Source: Acidobacteriota bacterium (lineage in GTDB: Bacteria > Acidobacteriota > Polarisedimenticolia > Gp22-AA2). From it: a stretch of DNA of 64,000 nt. The stretch lies in NCBI GenBank assembly GCA_018606725.1, contig JAGYID010000001.1, positions 52,803-116,802 of the forward strand, written 5' to 3'. Position 1 is the first letter of the stretch, and every line of letters begins with the position of its first letter. Of this stretch, positions 1 through 8,879 are shown piece after piece. A model generated the notes under the pieces. It was not told where the DNA came from. It saw nothing but the letters and a program-made list of their open reading frames with translations, and did no database searches. Both the position numbers and the translations under genes were made by a program.

Positions 1-104
1 GTTCCGAGTTGGGGATCTCCCGTATACGCCGGGAATACCGGCCCGTCAAGAGGCGCCTGGATGTCAGGTTGCTGACGGCGCAACTCCGCGGCCGGCGGCG
101 GCGA

Positions 105-133
105 TTGACAGGCATGGGGGCCTCCGCTACGAT
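105..133 (+). promoter_or_regulatory. Near-consensus sigma-70 promoter (TTGACA-N17-TACGAT) upstream of the partner-switching operon
   Basis: Read directly from the sequence: ttgaca at 105-110, a 17-nt spacer, tacgat at 128-133. The 11-mer GACTTCGACAC follows at 138-148. Confidence 0.5.
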
Positions 134-154
134 GAGTGACTTCGACACCTGAGG

Positions 155-685
155 ATGGCAGCCGTCCGGGGTCACGGGACCCGACCGCGGGCACCGGCTT
201 CGTCGTCCGGAAAGCCCGGGGACGTGGGCAGGAACGTGAAGCTCAGGCTGGCCAGCCGGATCGGCTACGTCGACCTCGTGCATGAAATGGCCGAGAGCCT
301 GGCGCGGGAGGCGCGCTTCACCAAGCCGGAAGCGCTCAACATCGGGCTGGCGGTGCGCGAGGCCGTCATCAACGCGATGAAACACGGCAACGGGCTTGAC
401 GCCGCCAAGATGGTCGACGTCGAATTCCGGAGAAATGCCAGCACCTTCCGGGTGCTGGTGAAAGATCAGGGGCCGGGGTTTGATGAAGCGAGGATGTCGG
501 ACCCGTGCGAAGGAGCGAACGTCCTGCGCACGAGCGGCCGGGGGATCCTATTCATGAAGCATTTCGTCGACAGGGTTGCCTTCCAGCGCCGCCGGGGGAA
601 GGGGACCGTGGTCGTGCTCGAGAAACGACTCGACAATGGCGGCAGGAACGGCCGGAGCGCGGCCATCACTGGGAGGAGACGATGA
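155..685 (+). CDS. Anti-sigma regulatory factor of the RsbW/SpoIIAB type (Ser/Thr kinase, HATPase_c)
   Basis: The translated ORF shows a GHKL ATPase-like region (VREAVINAMKHGN...DQGPGFD). Its stop overlaps the start of the downstream STAS gene as ATGA at 682-685. The real start may lie downstream of 155, because the SD-like gagg directly abuts that ATG. Confidence 0.65.
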   Translation: MAAVRGHGTRPRAPASSSGKPGDVGRNVKLRLASRIGYVDLVHEMAESLAREARFTKPEALNIGLAVREAVINAMKHGNGLDAAKMVDVEFRRNASTFRVLVKDQGPGFDEARMSDPCEGANVLRTSGRGILFMKHFVDRVAFQRRRGKGTVVVLEKRLDNGGRNGRSAAITGRRR

Positions 686-1017
686 AGGCGAACGCGAGAC
701 ATCACGGGAAAGTGACGGTCGTCGACCTTTCCGGCAAGATCACCATCGGCGAGGGCGATTTGAAGCTCCGCCAGGCTGTCGGCGGGCTGCTCGACGAAGG
801 TCGCAAAAACGTCCTGCTCAACCTGGGCGGGGTGTCGTACATGGACAGCGCCGGGATCGGCGAACTCGTCGCCTGCTACAAGCGGGCCACCGAGAAGGGG
901 GCGTCCCTCAAGCTCCTGAATCCCAGCGGCAAGGTGCAGGACCTGCTGGTTCTCACCAAACTTCAGGAAATCTTCGACATCTACCGCGACGAGCGGGAGG
1001 CGCTCGCCAGCTTCTAG
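682..1017 (+). CDS. Anti-sigma factor antagonist (STAS domain, SpoIIAA/RsbV-like)
   Basis: The product begins MKANARHHGKVTVVDLSGKITIGEG...YMDSAGIGELV, a typical STAS/SpoIIAA pattern. An SD gggaggag lies upstream of the ATG at 682. Translationally coupled to the upstream kinase. Confidence 0.8.
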   Translation: MKANARHHGKVTVVDLSGKITIGEGDLKLRQAVGGLLDEGRKNVLLNLGGVSYMDSAGIGELVACYKRATEKGASLKLLNPSGKVQDLLVLTKLQEIFDIYRDEREALASF

Positions 1018-1118
1018 CCCGGATTTCTCACCGGGGTTCGTCGCGAGACCGCGAGGACGCCCGTCAGGGCGGCCAGATCCGCGGTCGCAGCAGAAGACCG
1101 GTGAGAAATCCGGGCTAG
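1014..1118. repeat. Perfect 21-bp inverted repeat (ctagcccggatttctcaccgg / ccggtgagaaatccgggctag) around a 63-nt spacer
   Basis: Arms at 1014-1034 and 1098-1118 are exact reverse complements. The spacer holds a nested inverted repeat (gaccgcg at 1046-1052, cgcggtc at 1083-1089). The element begins at the stop codon of the STAS gene. Confidence 0.8.
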
Positions 1119-1283
1119 GTTGCCATCCGGGTTTCAGCCGGGCGTGTCGATCTTGACGGGGCCGGGCGAACGGGAGTATGAATGCGGGCAGACGGGACCC
1201 GTCCCGATACGGCCCAGGTCATTCTCGTTCTCGCCGGAGCATCGACGCCGGCCTCGCGGGTCCCGCCGGGGGGAGGCATCACC

Positions 1284-1652
1284 ATGACCGGACCGATGTG
1301 GCTCAAGCGCCGCCGGGCGTGTCAGATCGAGACCCGCATGCTCGGAGACTGGAAGGTTCTCGAGGTGTGCGGCAGGTTCGTGGCCGGTGCGCCGGAGAAG
1401 AAGTTCCACGAAGCGATCGACAGGGTCCTGAGCAACGGTGCGAAGCGGGTCATCGTCGACCTCACGGGCTCGCTCCTCGACGACGAGTCGGTCGCGCAGG
1501 CGGTGCCGGCGGCGTACCATCGGGCCCGGGCGCAAGGTGTGGACCTGCGCTTCGTCGTCTCACCGGGGCGCGCCGGCGGTTACTACCACATGGCCGGGCT
1601 CGAAATGACCATCCCGACGTTCCAGAGGCTGAACGGCGCCATCGAGATGTAG
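1284..1652 (+). CDS. Second anti-sigma factor antagonist (STAS domain)
   Basis: The product reads ...MLGDWKVLEVCGRFVAGAPEKKFHEAIDRVLSNGAKRVIVDLTGSLLDDESV..., a STAS fold pattern. Start is uncertain, with candidate ATGs at 1284, 1296 and 1335. Confidence 0.6.
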   Translation: MTGPMWLKRRRACQIETRMLGDWKVLEVCGRFVAGAPEKKFHEAIDRVLSNGAKRVIVDLTGSLLDDESVAQAVPAAYHRARAQGVDLRFVVSPGRAGGYYHMAGLEMTIPTFQRLNGAIEM

Positions 1653-1659
1653 GCGAACC

Positions 1660-4299
1660 TCAGCCGCCGTCCCGCTCCCGGATCATCCGTCCCAATTCTG
1701 CGAGGAGATTGAGCGCCTGCAGCGGCGTCATCTGGTCGACCGCGGCGCCGCGCAGCGCCTCGACGATCGGGTCCTCGGGCGGCGGGAACAGTCCGAGCTG
1801 GCGCGTCGTCCCGGCGGCGCCCGTTTCCGCGTCCGATCCGGCGGCCAGCTTCGGCCGCCCGTCCCGCGACAGCTCCTCGCGCTCGAGATTCCCCAGGACC
1901 TCGCGCGCCCGCTCGATGACGCGCTGCGGCAGGCCGGCGAGACGGGCCACCTGGATGCCGTAGGAGCGATCGGCCGCCCCCTCCAGCACCTTGCGAAGGA
2001 ACACGATGGTGTCGTTCCACTCCCGCACCGCCATGGTCAGGTTGTGCACGCGCGGCTTCAGGATCGCCAGCTCGGTCAGCTCGTGGTAATGGGTGGCGAA
2101 CAGGGTGCGCGCGGCGACCGCCGGCTGGTCGTGCAGGTACTCGGCGACCGCCCACGCGAGCGACAGCCCGTCGAAGGTCGAGGTTCCGCGTCCGACTTCA
2201 TCGAGCAGGATGAGCGAGCGCGGCGTGGCGTTATTCAGAATGTTGGCCGTCTCGATCATCTCGACCAGGAACGTGCTCTGGCCGCGCGCCAGGTTGTCGG
2301 CGGCGCCGACCCGGCTGAAGATTCGATCGACGAGGCCGATCTGCGCTTCGGCGGCCGGCACGAATGAGCCGGCCTGGGCCATCAGCGCGGTCAGGGCCAC
2401 CTGCCGCAGGTAAGTCGACTTGCCGCCCATGTTCGGTCCCGTGATGATGAGAATCTGCCGCTCCGCCGGGTCCAGCAGGCAGTCATTCGGCACGAACCGC
2501 TCGTCTTGCAGCAGCCGTTCGACGACCGGGTGCCGGCCCTCCGCGAGACGCAGGGAGAGGGTCTCGTCCACGCGCGGCCGCGCGTAGCCGCCCTGCGCGG
2601 CGGCCTCGGCGAGCGACGCCAGGGCATCGAGCCGCGCCAGGGCGCCGGCCGTGGCCCGCAACCGGACGGCGGCGTCCACCACGCCCGAGCGCAGCGCCGT
2701 GAACAGCTCGTATTCCAGAGCCGCCACTCGCTCATCGGCGGTGACCACCTTGGCCTCGTACTCCTTCAGCTCGGGCGTGATGTAGCGCTCCGCCCCGACC
2801 AGCGTCTGCTTGCGCTCGTAGTCGGACGGGACCAGGTGCCGGTTGGCATGGCTGACCTCGAGGTAGTACCCGAACACCCGGTTGTAGCGCACCTTGAGCG
2901 AGCCGATCCCGGTGCGCTGCCGCTCGCGGGTCTCGACCCCCGCGAGGTAGGCGCGGCCGTCGCGCCGGATGGCGCGCAGCGCGTCCAGGTCGGCGTCGAA
3001 GCCGTCCCTGATCAGGCCGCCCTCCTTCAGGGCGGCGGGCGGGTCGTCGTGCACGGCCTGCGCCAGCCGATCGTGCAGGTCGCCGAGCGCATCGATGCCG
3101 AGGATGAGGCGGCTCAGCGACGGCGCGGTCAGGGCAACGCCCAGCGCCGCGATCGACGGCAGGATTCCCAGCGAATCGCGCAGCGCCACGAGGTCGCGCG
3201 CGTTGGCGGTGCCCATCGAGCAGCGCGCCAGGAGTCGCTCGAGGTCGGCGATGCGCGCCAGCATCGCCCGCAGGGCGGCGCGCTCGGTCGGACGCTCGAG
3301 CAGAAACTGCACCGAATCGAGCCGGTCCTCGATCGCCGCGACCGAGCGCAGCGGCCGCAGCAGCCAGTCGCGCAGCATCCGCCCGCCCATGGCGGTGCCG
3401 GTGCGGTCGAGGACCTCGAGGAGGGTGCCGTCCCGCCCGCCGTCGCGGGCGTTCTCGACGACCTCGAGGGTGCGCCGGGTGACGGCATCGAGGATCAGGA
3501 CGGCCTCGTCGGCGTGCCAGACGGGCCGGACGAGGTGGCGCAGATCGGCCTTGTGCGATTCGCGCAGGTAATGGACCAGCCCGCCGGCCGCGCCCACGGC
3601 GAGGTCCCGGCCGGACAGCCCGTACCCTTCGAGGCTGGCGACGCCGAATTGGCGCAGGAGAGTCCGCGCCGCGGTCTCGGGGGCGAGGGTCCACGGCGGC
3701 GCGGCGCTGACGAGGATCCCCTCGAGCGCCGTCGCCGGCAACAGCTCGCCGGCCGGCGTCCCTTCGGGGAGCAGGATCTCGCGCGGGCCGAACGACGCGA
3801 CCTGTTCGGCGAGCGACTCCCGCGCACCCGACCCACGGTGCTCCGAGAGACGGAGGTCGCCGGTCGACAGATCGAGATAGGCGCAGCCGAAGCCGTCGCC
3901 TCCGGGAAGGATGGCGGCGATGAAGTTCGGCTCGGAGGCGCGCAACTGCGCCGGGTCGGTGACCGTGCCGGGTGAGACGACCCGGGTGACGGCGCGCTTG
4001 ACGATGCCCTTCGCCAGGCGCGGGTCCTCCACCTGCTCGCAGATGGCGACGCGAAACCCCTGCCGGATGAGCCGGGCGATATACGACTCGGCGGCGTGGT
4101 GCGGCACGCCGCACATCGGCGCTTCGGTTTTCGTGCCGCGTCCGCGCGCTGTCAGGGTCAGGGACAGGGCCCGCGACGCCGCCAGGGCGTCGTCGTAGAA
4201 CATCTCGTAGAAGTCCCCGAGGCGGAACATGAGGATGGCATCCGGGTGCCGCGCCTTGATGTCCCGGTACTGCCGCAACATCGGGGTGAGCGTATCCAT
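1660..4299 (-). CDS. mutS: DNA mismatch repair protein MutS
   Basis: N-terminus MDTLTPMLRQYRDIKARHPDAILMFRLGDFYEMFYDDA; Walker A ITGPNMGGKSTYLRQ; C-terminus ...LGRMIRERDGG. ATG at 4299 confirmed by reverse complement (cat at 4297-4299). The ORF track extends this to 5007 with a non-MutS N-terminal tail. Confidence 0.92.
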   Translation of the reverse strand: MDTLTPMLRQYRDIKARHPDAILMFRLGDFYEMFYDDALAASRALSLTLTARGRGTKTEAPMCGVPHHAAESYIARLIRQGFRVAICEQVEDPRLAKGIVKRAVTRVVSPGTVTDPAQLRASEPNFIAAILPGGDGFGCAYLDLSTGDLRLSEHRGSGARESLAEQVASFGPREILLPEGTPAGELLPATALEGILVSAAPPWTLAPETAARTLLRQFGVASLEGYGLSGRDLAVGAAGGLVHYLRESHKADLRHLVRPVWHADEAVLILDAVTRRTLEVVENARDGGRDGTLLEVLDRTGTAMGGRMLRDWLLRPLRSVAAIEDRLDSVQFLLERPTERAALRAMLARIADLERLLARCSMGTANARDLVALRDSLGILPSIAALGVALTAPSLSRLILGIDALGDLHDRLAQAVHDDPPAALKEGGLIRDGFDADLDALRAIRRDGRAYLAGVETRERQRTGIGSLKVRYNRVFGYYLEVSHANRHLVPSDYERKQTLVGAERYITPELKEYEAKVVTADERVAALEYELFTALRSGVVDAAVRLRATAGALARLDALASLAEAAAQGGYARPRVDETLSLRLAEGRHPVVERLLQDERFVPNDCLLDPAERQILIITGPNMGGKSTYLRQVALTALMAQAGSFVPAAEAQIGLVDRIFSRVGAADNLARGQSTFLVEMIETANILNNATPRSLILLDEVGRGTSTFDGLSLAWAVAEYLHDQPAVAARTLFATHYHELTELAILKPRVHNLTMAVREWNDTIVFLRKVLEGAADRSYGIQVARLAGLPQRVIERAREVLGNLEREELSRDGRPKLAAGSDAETGAAGTTRQLGLFPPPEDPIVEALRGAAVDQMTPLQALNLLAELGRMIRERDGG

Positions 4300-4410
4300 C
4301 GCCTCGGATCCGGTCGGGCGTTCCTTGACAAGAGAAGGGCTCGCTATTATAAACGCGACGCCGCGCCAGCCCCGCATCCCCGCGGGCCGCGGCCCGGGAG
4401 CCCGCGCCAC

Positions 4411-4791
4411 ATGAGCAGCGATCCGCTGTCGGTCGACGACCAGCCCGCCGGCGCCGACGACCTGGACGAGGAAGACCGGCTGATGCTCGTCCTGTCGTAT
4501 CTGTGGGTCCTGGCGCTGGTGCCGTTCATGGTGTCGCGCAGCGCCTTCGTCCGCTGGCACGCCAAGCAGGGGCTCATCCTGTGCGGCATCACCTGCCTGG
4601 CGTCGCTCGGGGTGATCTTCCTCGGCGCCATCCTCGCGACGCTGTCGAAGATCTTCGCCTGGCTGTTCGCCTTCCTGCTGATCAATCTGGTGCTGCTTTA
4701 CATGGCGCTGGCCCTGGTCTGCATGATCAAGGCGATTCGCGGCGAGCGCTGGACCATTCCGTTCCTCGGCGATCTGGTGGAAAAAATCTGA
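4411..4791 (+). CDS. Small integral membrane protein (DUF4870-like, three predicted TM helices)
   Basis: ATG at 4411. The product is hydrophobic (LSYLWVLALVPFMVS...GLILCGITCLASLGVIFLGAIL...FLLINLVLLYMALALVCMI). It lies on the opposite strand from the spurious MutS upstream extension. Confidence 0.6.
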   Translation: MSSDPLSVDDQPAGADDLDEEDRLMLVLSYLWVLALVPFMVSRSAFVRWHAKQGLILCGITCLASLGVIFLGAILATLSKIFAWLFAFLLINLVLLYMALALVCMIKAIRGERWTIPFLGDLVEKI

Positions 4792-4798
4792 GGCGTCC

Positions 4799-5419
4799 GT
4801 GAGCGAGGCCATCCAGGAGGCGATCCGCGCCCACCCGCTGGCTGCGCCCTTCATCGTGTTCCTGCTGGCGTGGCTGGAGTACGTCTTCCCGCCGGTGCCG
4901 GGCGACTCGACGATGCTGTTCGGCTGTTTCCTGGCCGGCGCGGGGCTGCTGCCGCCCGTGACGGTGTCGGCCGCCGCCCTGCTCGGCAGCGTCCTGGGGG
5001 CGATCACCGCCTACGGGGCAGGTCGGCGGCTGGGGCGATCCTATTTCTTCCTGCGAACCGCCTGGGCGCGTCAGGAGCTGGAACGGCTCGAGCGCGGCTT
5101 CACGCGCTACGGCGCGCGGCTGCTGGCGATCAACCGCTTCCTGCCAGGCGTCCGCGGGTTCTTCCTCTACGCCGCCGGGATCGGCCGCCTCGGTTGGCGG
5201 CCGGTGTTGGTCTATTCGACGCTGAGCAACGTCCTGTGGGTCGCCCTGATCGTCTGGGCCGGCAACAGCCTCGGGGAATCGTGGGAGCAGGTCAGCGTCA
5301 TGTTCCGTCGCTACGTGTGGGGGATTGCGATCGTCATGACGATCTATGTCGGCTGGACGGTGGTCCGGATGCGGCGCCGGCGGCGGCTCGAAGCGGCCGG
5401 CGGCAGGACTACTTCCTGA
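4799..5419 (+). CDS. DedA / VTT-domain family membrane protein
   Basis: DedA-like motifs are present (LEYVFPPVPGDSTMLFGCFLAG...RLLAINRFLPGVRGFFLYAAG). Confidence 0.75.
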   Translation: MSEAIQEAIRAHPLAAPFIVFLLAWLEYVFPPVPGDSTMLFGCFLAGAGLLPPVTVSAAALLGSVLGAITAYGAGRRLGRSYFFLRTAWARQELERLERGFTRYGARLLAINRFLPGVRGFFLYAAGIGRLGWRPVLVYSTLSNVLWVALIVWAGNSLGESWEQVSVMFRRYVWGIAIVMTIYVGWTVVRMRRRRRLEAAGGRTTS

Positions 5420-6692
5420 GGCGGGCCTGCAGACGGCGCAGCTCCTCGCGCCGATCGGGCTGCTGCGGCTTGAGGGCGAGCGAGCGGCGCAGGTACTCCA
5501 CGGCGGTCTTCGGGTCGTTCTTTTCCTCGTAGGCTTGGGCCAGCGCGTTGTAGAGCGCGGCCGAGGGCTTGCCGGCGCGCTCGGCCCTCTTGAACGCGTC
5601 GATCGCCTGGTCGAATTTCCCCTGCAGCGCGTAGGCCGTCCCGAGATCGAACAGCGCCAGACGGTTGTCCGGCTGCAGCGCCAGGGCCTCCTCGAACGCC
5701 CGCACCGCTTCAGCGTATTTCCCCTGACGGGCGCGCAACCCGCCGAGGCTGATGCGGAACTCGGGGTTCTTCGGCGCCAGCCCGATTGCGGTGGTGAACG
5801 ACAGGGTCGCCTCGTCCAGGCGACCCTCGCGCATGTAGACCTGCCCGAGCCAGTCGTGGTGCACCGCGGAGTCCTTCTTCTTCTCCAGGCTGGCTTCCAG
5901 CAGCCGCTGCAGCTTGGTGATCCTGGCGGCGTCGGCCGACGCCTGGTACATCACATACAGGCGGCTCATCGGCGCCAGCGACGTCGGGTCCAGGTAGAGC
6001 GCGTTGAGATACTCCTCCTCCGCCTGCGGCCGCTTTCCCTCGGCCTCCAGGACCATGCCCATGGCGGCGTGGAACAGGGACTCCTTCGGATCGCGGCCGA
6101 GCGATGTCTCCGCCAGCCGGCGGGCCGACGCGGGGAACTGCCGGTTCAGATAGTCGGTCACGGCGTTGAACACGACCTGGGGCCCGACGTTGCCGAGGCT
6201 GACGCCGTCGTCGGCGATACCGTGGGTCAGCAGATCCGCCGAAACCGCCTGCGTGAACTGGCGCGCCGCCGCCGGGTCCAGGATCTGATCGGCGTTCAGG
6301 CGCTCCGCCCCCTCCAGCACCGCCGCGCGGATCCTCTCCTGGATGTAGATCGTCGACTCGCGGCCGCTGCGGTCGTGATGAAAAGTCAGCACGTCGCCCG
6401 GCGAGGCGCGCGCCGTGACCTTGACCGGCAGCTTGAAGGAGGCCTTGTCGCGCGTCAGGATCTGCACCGCCTCGTCGAAGACGATCGGCCGGCTGTCGTA
6501 GCGATAGACGCGCTGGGCGAACGGCACGCGCAGATGCAACCCGGGCTGGAGGGGCGTGACCGACCCGCCGTACGACTCGCGCACCGCGAACTGTCCGGAC
6601 GGGATCACGACGACGAACGCGGCCGCGAGGAGGACGAGGGCGAGGAGCGCGAGCCACGGACGCCGACGCAGCATGATGGCGGGGTTCTCCAT
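5409..6692 (-). CDS. SPFH/band-7 domain protein with C-terminal TPR repeats, membrane-anchored
   Basis: N-terminal TM segment followed by an HflC/K-like region (QFAVRESYGGSV..PGLHLRVPFAQRVYRYDSRPIVFDE..ILTRD). The C-terminus carries multiple TPR-like repeats (AEAVRAFEEALALQPDN, GKFDQAIDAFKRA). Confidence 0.7.
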   Translation of the reverse strand: MENPAIMLRRRPWLALLALVLLAAAFVVVIPSGQFAVRESYGGSVTPLQPGLHLRVPFAQRVYRYDSRPIVFDEAVQILTRDKASFKLPVKVTARASPGDVLTFHHDRSGRESTIYIQERIRAAVLEGAERLNADQILDPAAARQFTQAVSADLLTHGIADDGVSLGNVGPQVVFNAVTDYLNRQFPASARRLAETSLGRDPKESLFHAAMGMVLEAEGKRPQAEEEYLNALYLDPTSLAPMSRLYVMYQASADAARITKLQRLLEASLEKKKDSAVHHDWLGQVYMREGRLDEATLSFTTAIGLAPKNPEFRISLGGLRARQGKYAEAVRAFEEALALQPDNRLALFDLGTAYALQGKFDQAIDAFKRAERAGKPSAALYNALAQAYEEKNDPKTAVEYLRRSLALKPQQPDRREELRRLQARLRK

Positions 6693-6863
6693 CCGGTCCG
6701 GCCGGCGATTCAGGGGAAAGCCGCTACCGGCGCGGGACGCGGAGTCTAGCGCAGCCCCCCGCGGGTGTCAACGAGATGGGGGAGATGGCGGGCGACGGCG
6801 GGGCGCCCGGCGTTCGTGTAGGATCCGCGACCGGCGGAGGACGCCGTAGGCGACTGCGGAGAG

Positions 6864-7580
6864 ATGGCGATGCGGGCAGGTCGGCGAAGTGAAGGGCGGG
6901 GGGCGGGGCGCGTTCCGGTGCTGTCGATGCTCGCTGCCGCAATGCTGCTGCTGGTCGCGTCCCGCGCCATGGCGGGGCGGGATGACCCGTCGGGCGGGGC
7001 GGTGGAAGAAGCGCGCCGGGTCGAAGCCGCGCTCCAGGGGGTGCGCGGGCTGGTGGCCGCATTCACCCAGACGGTCGAGTCGCCCGGCCTGCCGTCCCCC
7101 CAGGTGGAGACCGGCACGCTCTATTTGCTGCGACCCGGGCGGATGCGCTGGGAGTATTCCCGGCCGGCCGGCAAACTGGCGATCGCCGACGGCGACAGGA
7201 CCTGGCTGTATCTTCCGGAGGATCGCCAGGTGCTGGTCGCTCCGCTCACCGGCGCGGACGGCGATCGCGGCATGTCGATCCTGCTGCGCGAGCGCATCGA
7301 TCTGCTGCAGCAGTTCGCGATCACCTGGGCGCCGCCTGGAGAGAAGGGGGCCGTCCGGGCACTGCAACTGATCCCGCGCTCACCGCGCGACGAGTACCGC
7401 TCCCTGCTGCTGACTCCGGGACCGGACCACCTGGTCCGCGCCCTCACCATCGTCGACGCGCTCGGCGGGCGGGTCACCTACCGGTTCGAGGAAGTGCGCC
7501 CGGTCGCGTCCCTGGAGGCCGGGTTGTTTCGCTTCACGCCGCCGCCCGGCATCGAGGTGCAGGAGCTGCGTCGCCGCTGA
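6864..7580 (+). CDS. lolA: Outer-membrane lipoprotein carrier protein LolA-like
   Basis: Signal peptide followed by LolA-like motifs (AAFTQTVESPGL...TGTLYLLRPGRMRWEY...DRTWLYLPE...FRFTPPPGIEV). Confidence 0.65.
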   Translation: MAMRAGRRSEGRGAGRVPVLSMLAAAMLLLVASRAMAGRDDPSGGAVEEARRVEAALQGVRGLVAAFTQTVESPGLPSPQVETGTLYLLRPGRMRWEYSRPAGKLAIADGDRTWLYLPEDRQVLVAPLTGADGDRGMSILLRERIDLLQQFAITWAPPGEKGAVRALQLIPRSPRDEYRSLLLTPGPDHLVRALTIVDALGGRVTYRFEEVRPVASLEAGLFRFTPPPGIEVQELRRR

Positions 7581-7589
7581 GCCGCGGCG

Positions 7590-7619
7590 TTGCAATGCTT
7601 TCGACGCCGGTGCTAAGAT
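7590..7619 (+). promoter_or_regulatory. Sigma-70-like promoter (TTGCAA-N18-TAAGAT) upstream of yajQ
   Basis: Read directly: ttgcaa at 7590-7595 and taagat at 7614-7619. An SD ggagg lies at 7642-7646 ahead of the GTG at 7652. Confidence 0.4.
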
Positions 7620-7651
7620 GTGCGGCCCTATCATCCCGCCCGGAGGCGACG

Positions 7652-8143
7652 GTGGCGTCCGAGTGTTCCTTCGACATCGTCTCCAAGATCGAGCTGCAGG
7701 AGGTGGACAACGCCGTCCAGCAGGCGCTCAAGGAGATCCGCCAGCGGTATGACTTTCGCGGCAGCATCGCCGACATCAGGCGGGAGGACACGACTCTCCA
7801 CCTGACGGCGGACGACGATTACAAGCTTCGGGCGGTCAACGAGATCCTGATGCAGAAGCTTGCGAACCGCAGCGTGCCGCTCAAGGGGCTCACCTTCAAG
7901 GATCCGGAGACGGCCACCATGGGCAGCCTGCGGCAACAGGTTCTTCTGCAGCAGGGGATCCCCCAGGACGAGGCCAAGGAGATCGTCAAGATTCTCAAGT
8001 CCAGCAGTCTCAAGGTGCAGGCCTCGATCCAGGGGGATCAGGTCCGCGTCAAGGGGAAGAGCAAGGACATCCTGCAGGAGGCGATCCGAATCCTGCGCAA
8101 CAGTCCCCTGAAGATCGACATGCAGTTCACCAACTACCGCTGA
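7652..8143 (+). CDS. yajQ: YajQ family (UPF0234) nucleotide / cyclic-di-GMP-binding protein
   Basis: SFDIVSKIELQEVDNAVQQALKEIRQRYDFRGS...LKVQASIQGDQVRVKGKSKD is a YajQ hallmark. A GTG start at 7652 preceded by an SD is proposed; the ORF track begins upstream at 7595. Confidence 0.8.
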   Translation: MASECSFDIVSKIELQEVDNAVQQALKEIRQRYDFRGSIADIRREDTTLHLTADDDYKLRAVNEILMQKLANRSVPLKGLTFKDPETATMGSLRQQVLLQQGIPQDEAKEIVKILKSSSLKVQASIQGDQVRVKGKSKDILQEAIRILRNSPLKIDMQFTNYR

Positions 8144-8150
8144 GGGCGGC

Positions 8151-8879
8151 ATGACGCAGGCTGGCAGGACGGTGCAGGCGCGCGCTGGATGGGCAGTGCT
8201 GGCCTGCGCCTGCGCAGCGGCGCTGGCAGGCGCGCCGGGGGCACGCGCCGATGAGGCACGCGCGGTCACCGTGCGCGGCTCGATCAGTGACGAGACCGGC
8301 GCGCCGATCCCGGGGAACGCCGTACGGCTGCTGAAGAGCCGGAAGATCCTGAACCTCGGGGGCCACAAGTCGAGCGACCAGAGCATCGAGGAGGTGCGCG
8401 CCGCCACCGACGAGCACGGCTTCTTCGAGTTCCAGGTGCCCGTCGACGCCGATTTCCCCTATTACTATCTGCGCTTCTACGATCCGCAGACCTTCGACGC
8501 GATCAAGTACCGCCTGCCGGAGGATCGTGACGTCAGCCGCCAGGTGCGCAAGGGGAGGACGGTGCAGGCCGCGGTGATCTTGAAGACCGACGAACGCTGG
8601 CCGCAGGTGAAAGCGCTGCTCGATCATGTCGGCCCGGGGAGCCAGGTCGGCCAGGTGCTGCGCTCGCTCGGCCTGCCCTCCAGCCGCGCGGCGCAGGGGG
8701 ACGGCCGGGAGCTGTGGACCTACGGGACGGCCGGAGTCGCCTACCTGGTGGCGGGGGCCAAGGTCCTCGAGACCCGCACCTTTGCGCCGTCGAGCGCGGC
8801 GGCCAGCGCCGCGAACGCGCCCGCCGGGGGGGCCGGCGCGGACGAGCCGGTGCCGGCGACGCGGGTGGACGAGCCATGA
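8151..8879 (+). CDS. Secreted hypothetical protein with a carboxypeptidase-regulatory-like N-terminal domain
   Basis: Signal peptide (AVLACACAAALAGAPGARA) followed by VRGSISDETGAPIPGNAVRLL, a CarbopepD_reg-like pattern. The stop overlaps the next start as ATGA. Confidence 0.5.
   Translation: MTQAGRTVQARAGWAVLACACAAALAGAPGARADEARAVTVRGSISDETGAPIPGNAVRLLKSRKILNLGGHKSSDQSIEEVRAATDEHGFFEFQVPVDADFPYYYLRFYDPQTFDAIKYRLPEDRDVSRQVRKGRTVQAAVILKTDERWPQVKALLDHVGPGSQVGQVLRSLGLPSSRAAQGDGRELWTYGTAGVAYLVAGAKVLETRTFAPSSAAASAANAPAGGAGADEPVPATRVDEP

Noticed and set aside
4300-5007. 235-residue N-terminal extension of MutS in the ORF track (ORF 1660..5007)
   Set aside because: The conserved MutS N-terminus (MDTLTPMLRQY) starts at the ATG at 4299. 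The extension has no MutS similarity and overlaps a convincing membrane-protein gene and the DedA gene on the opposite strand.
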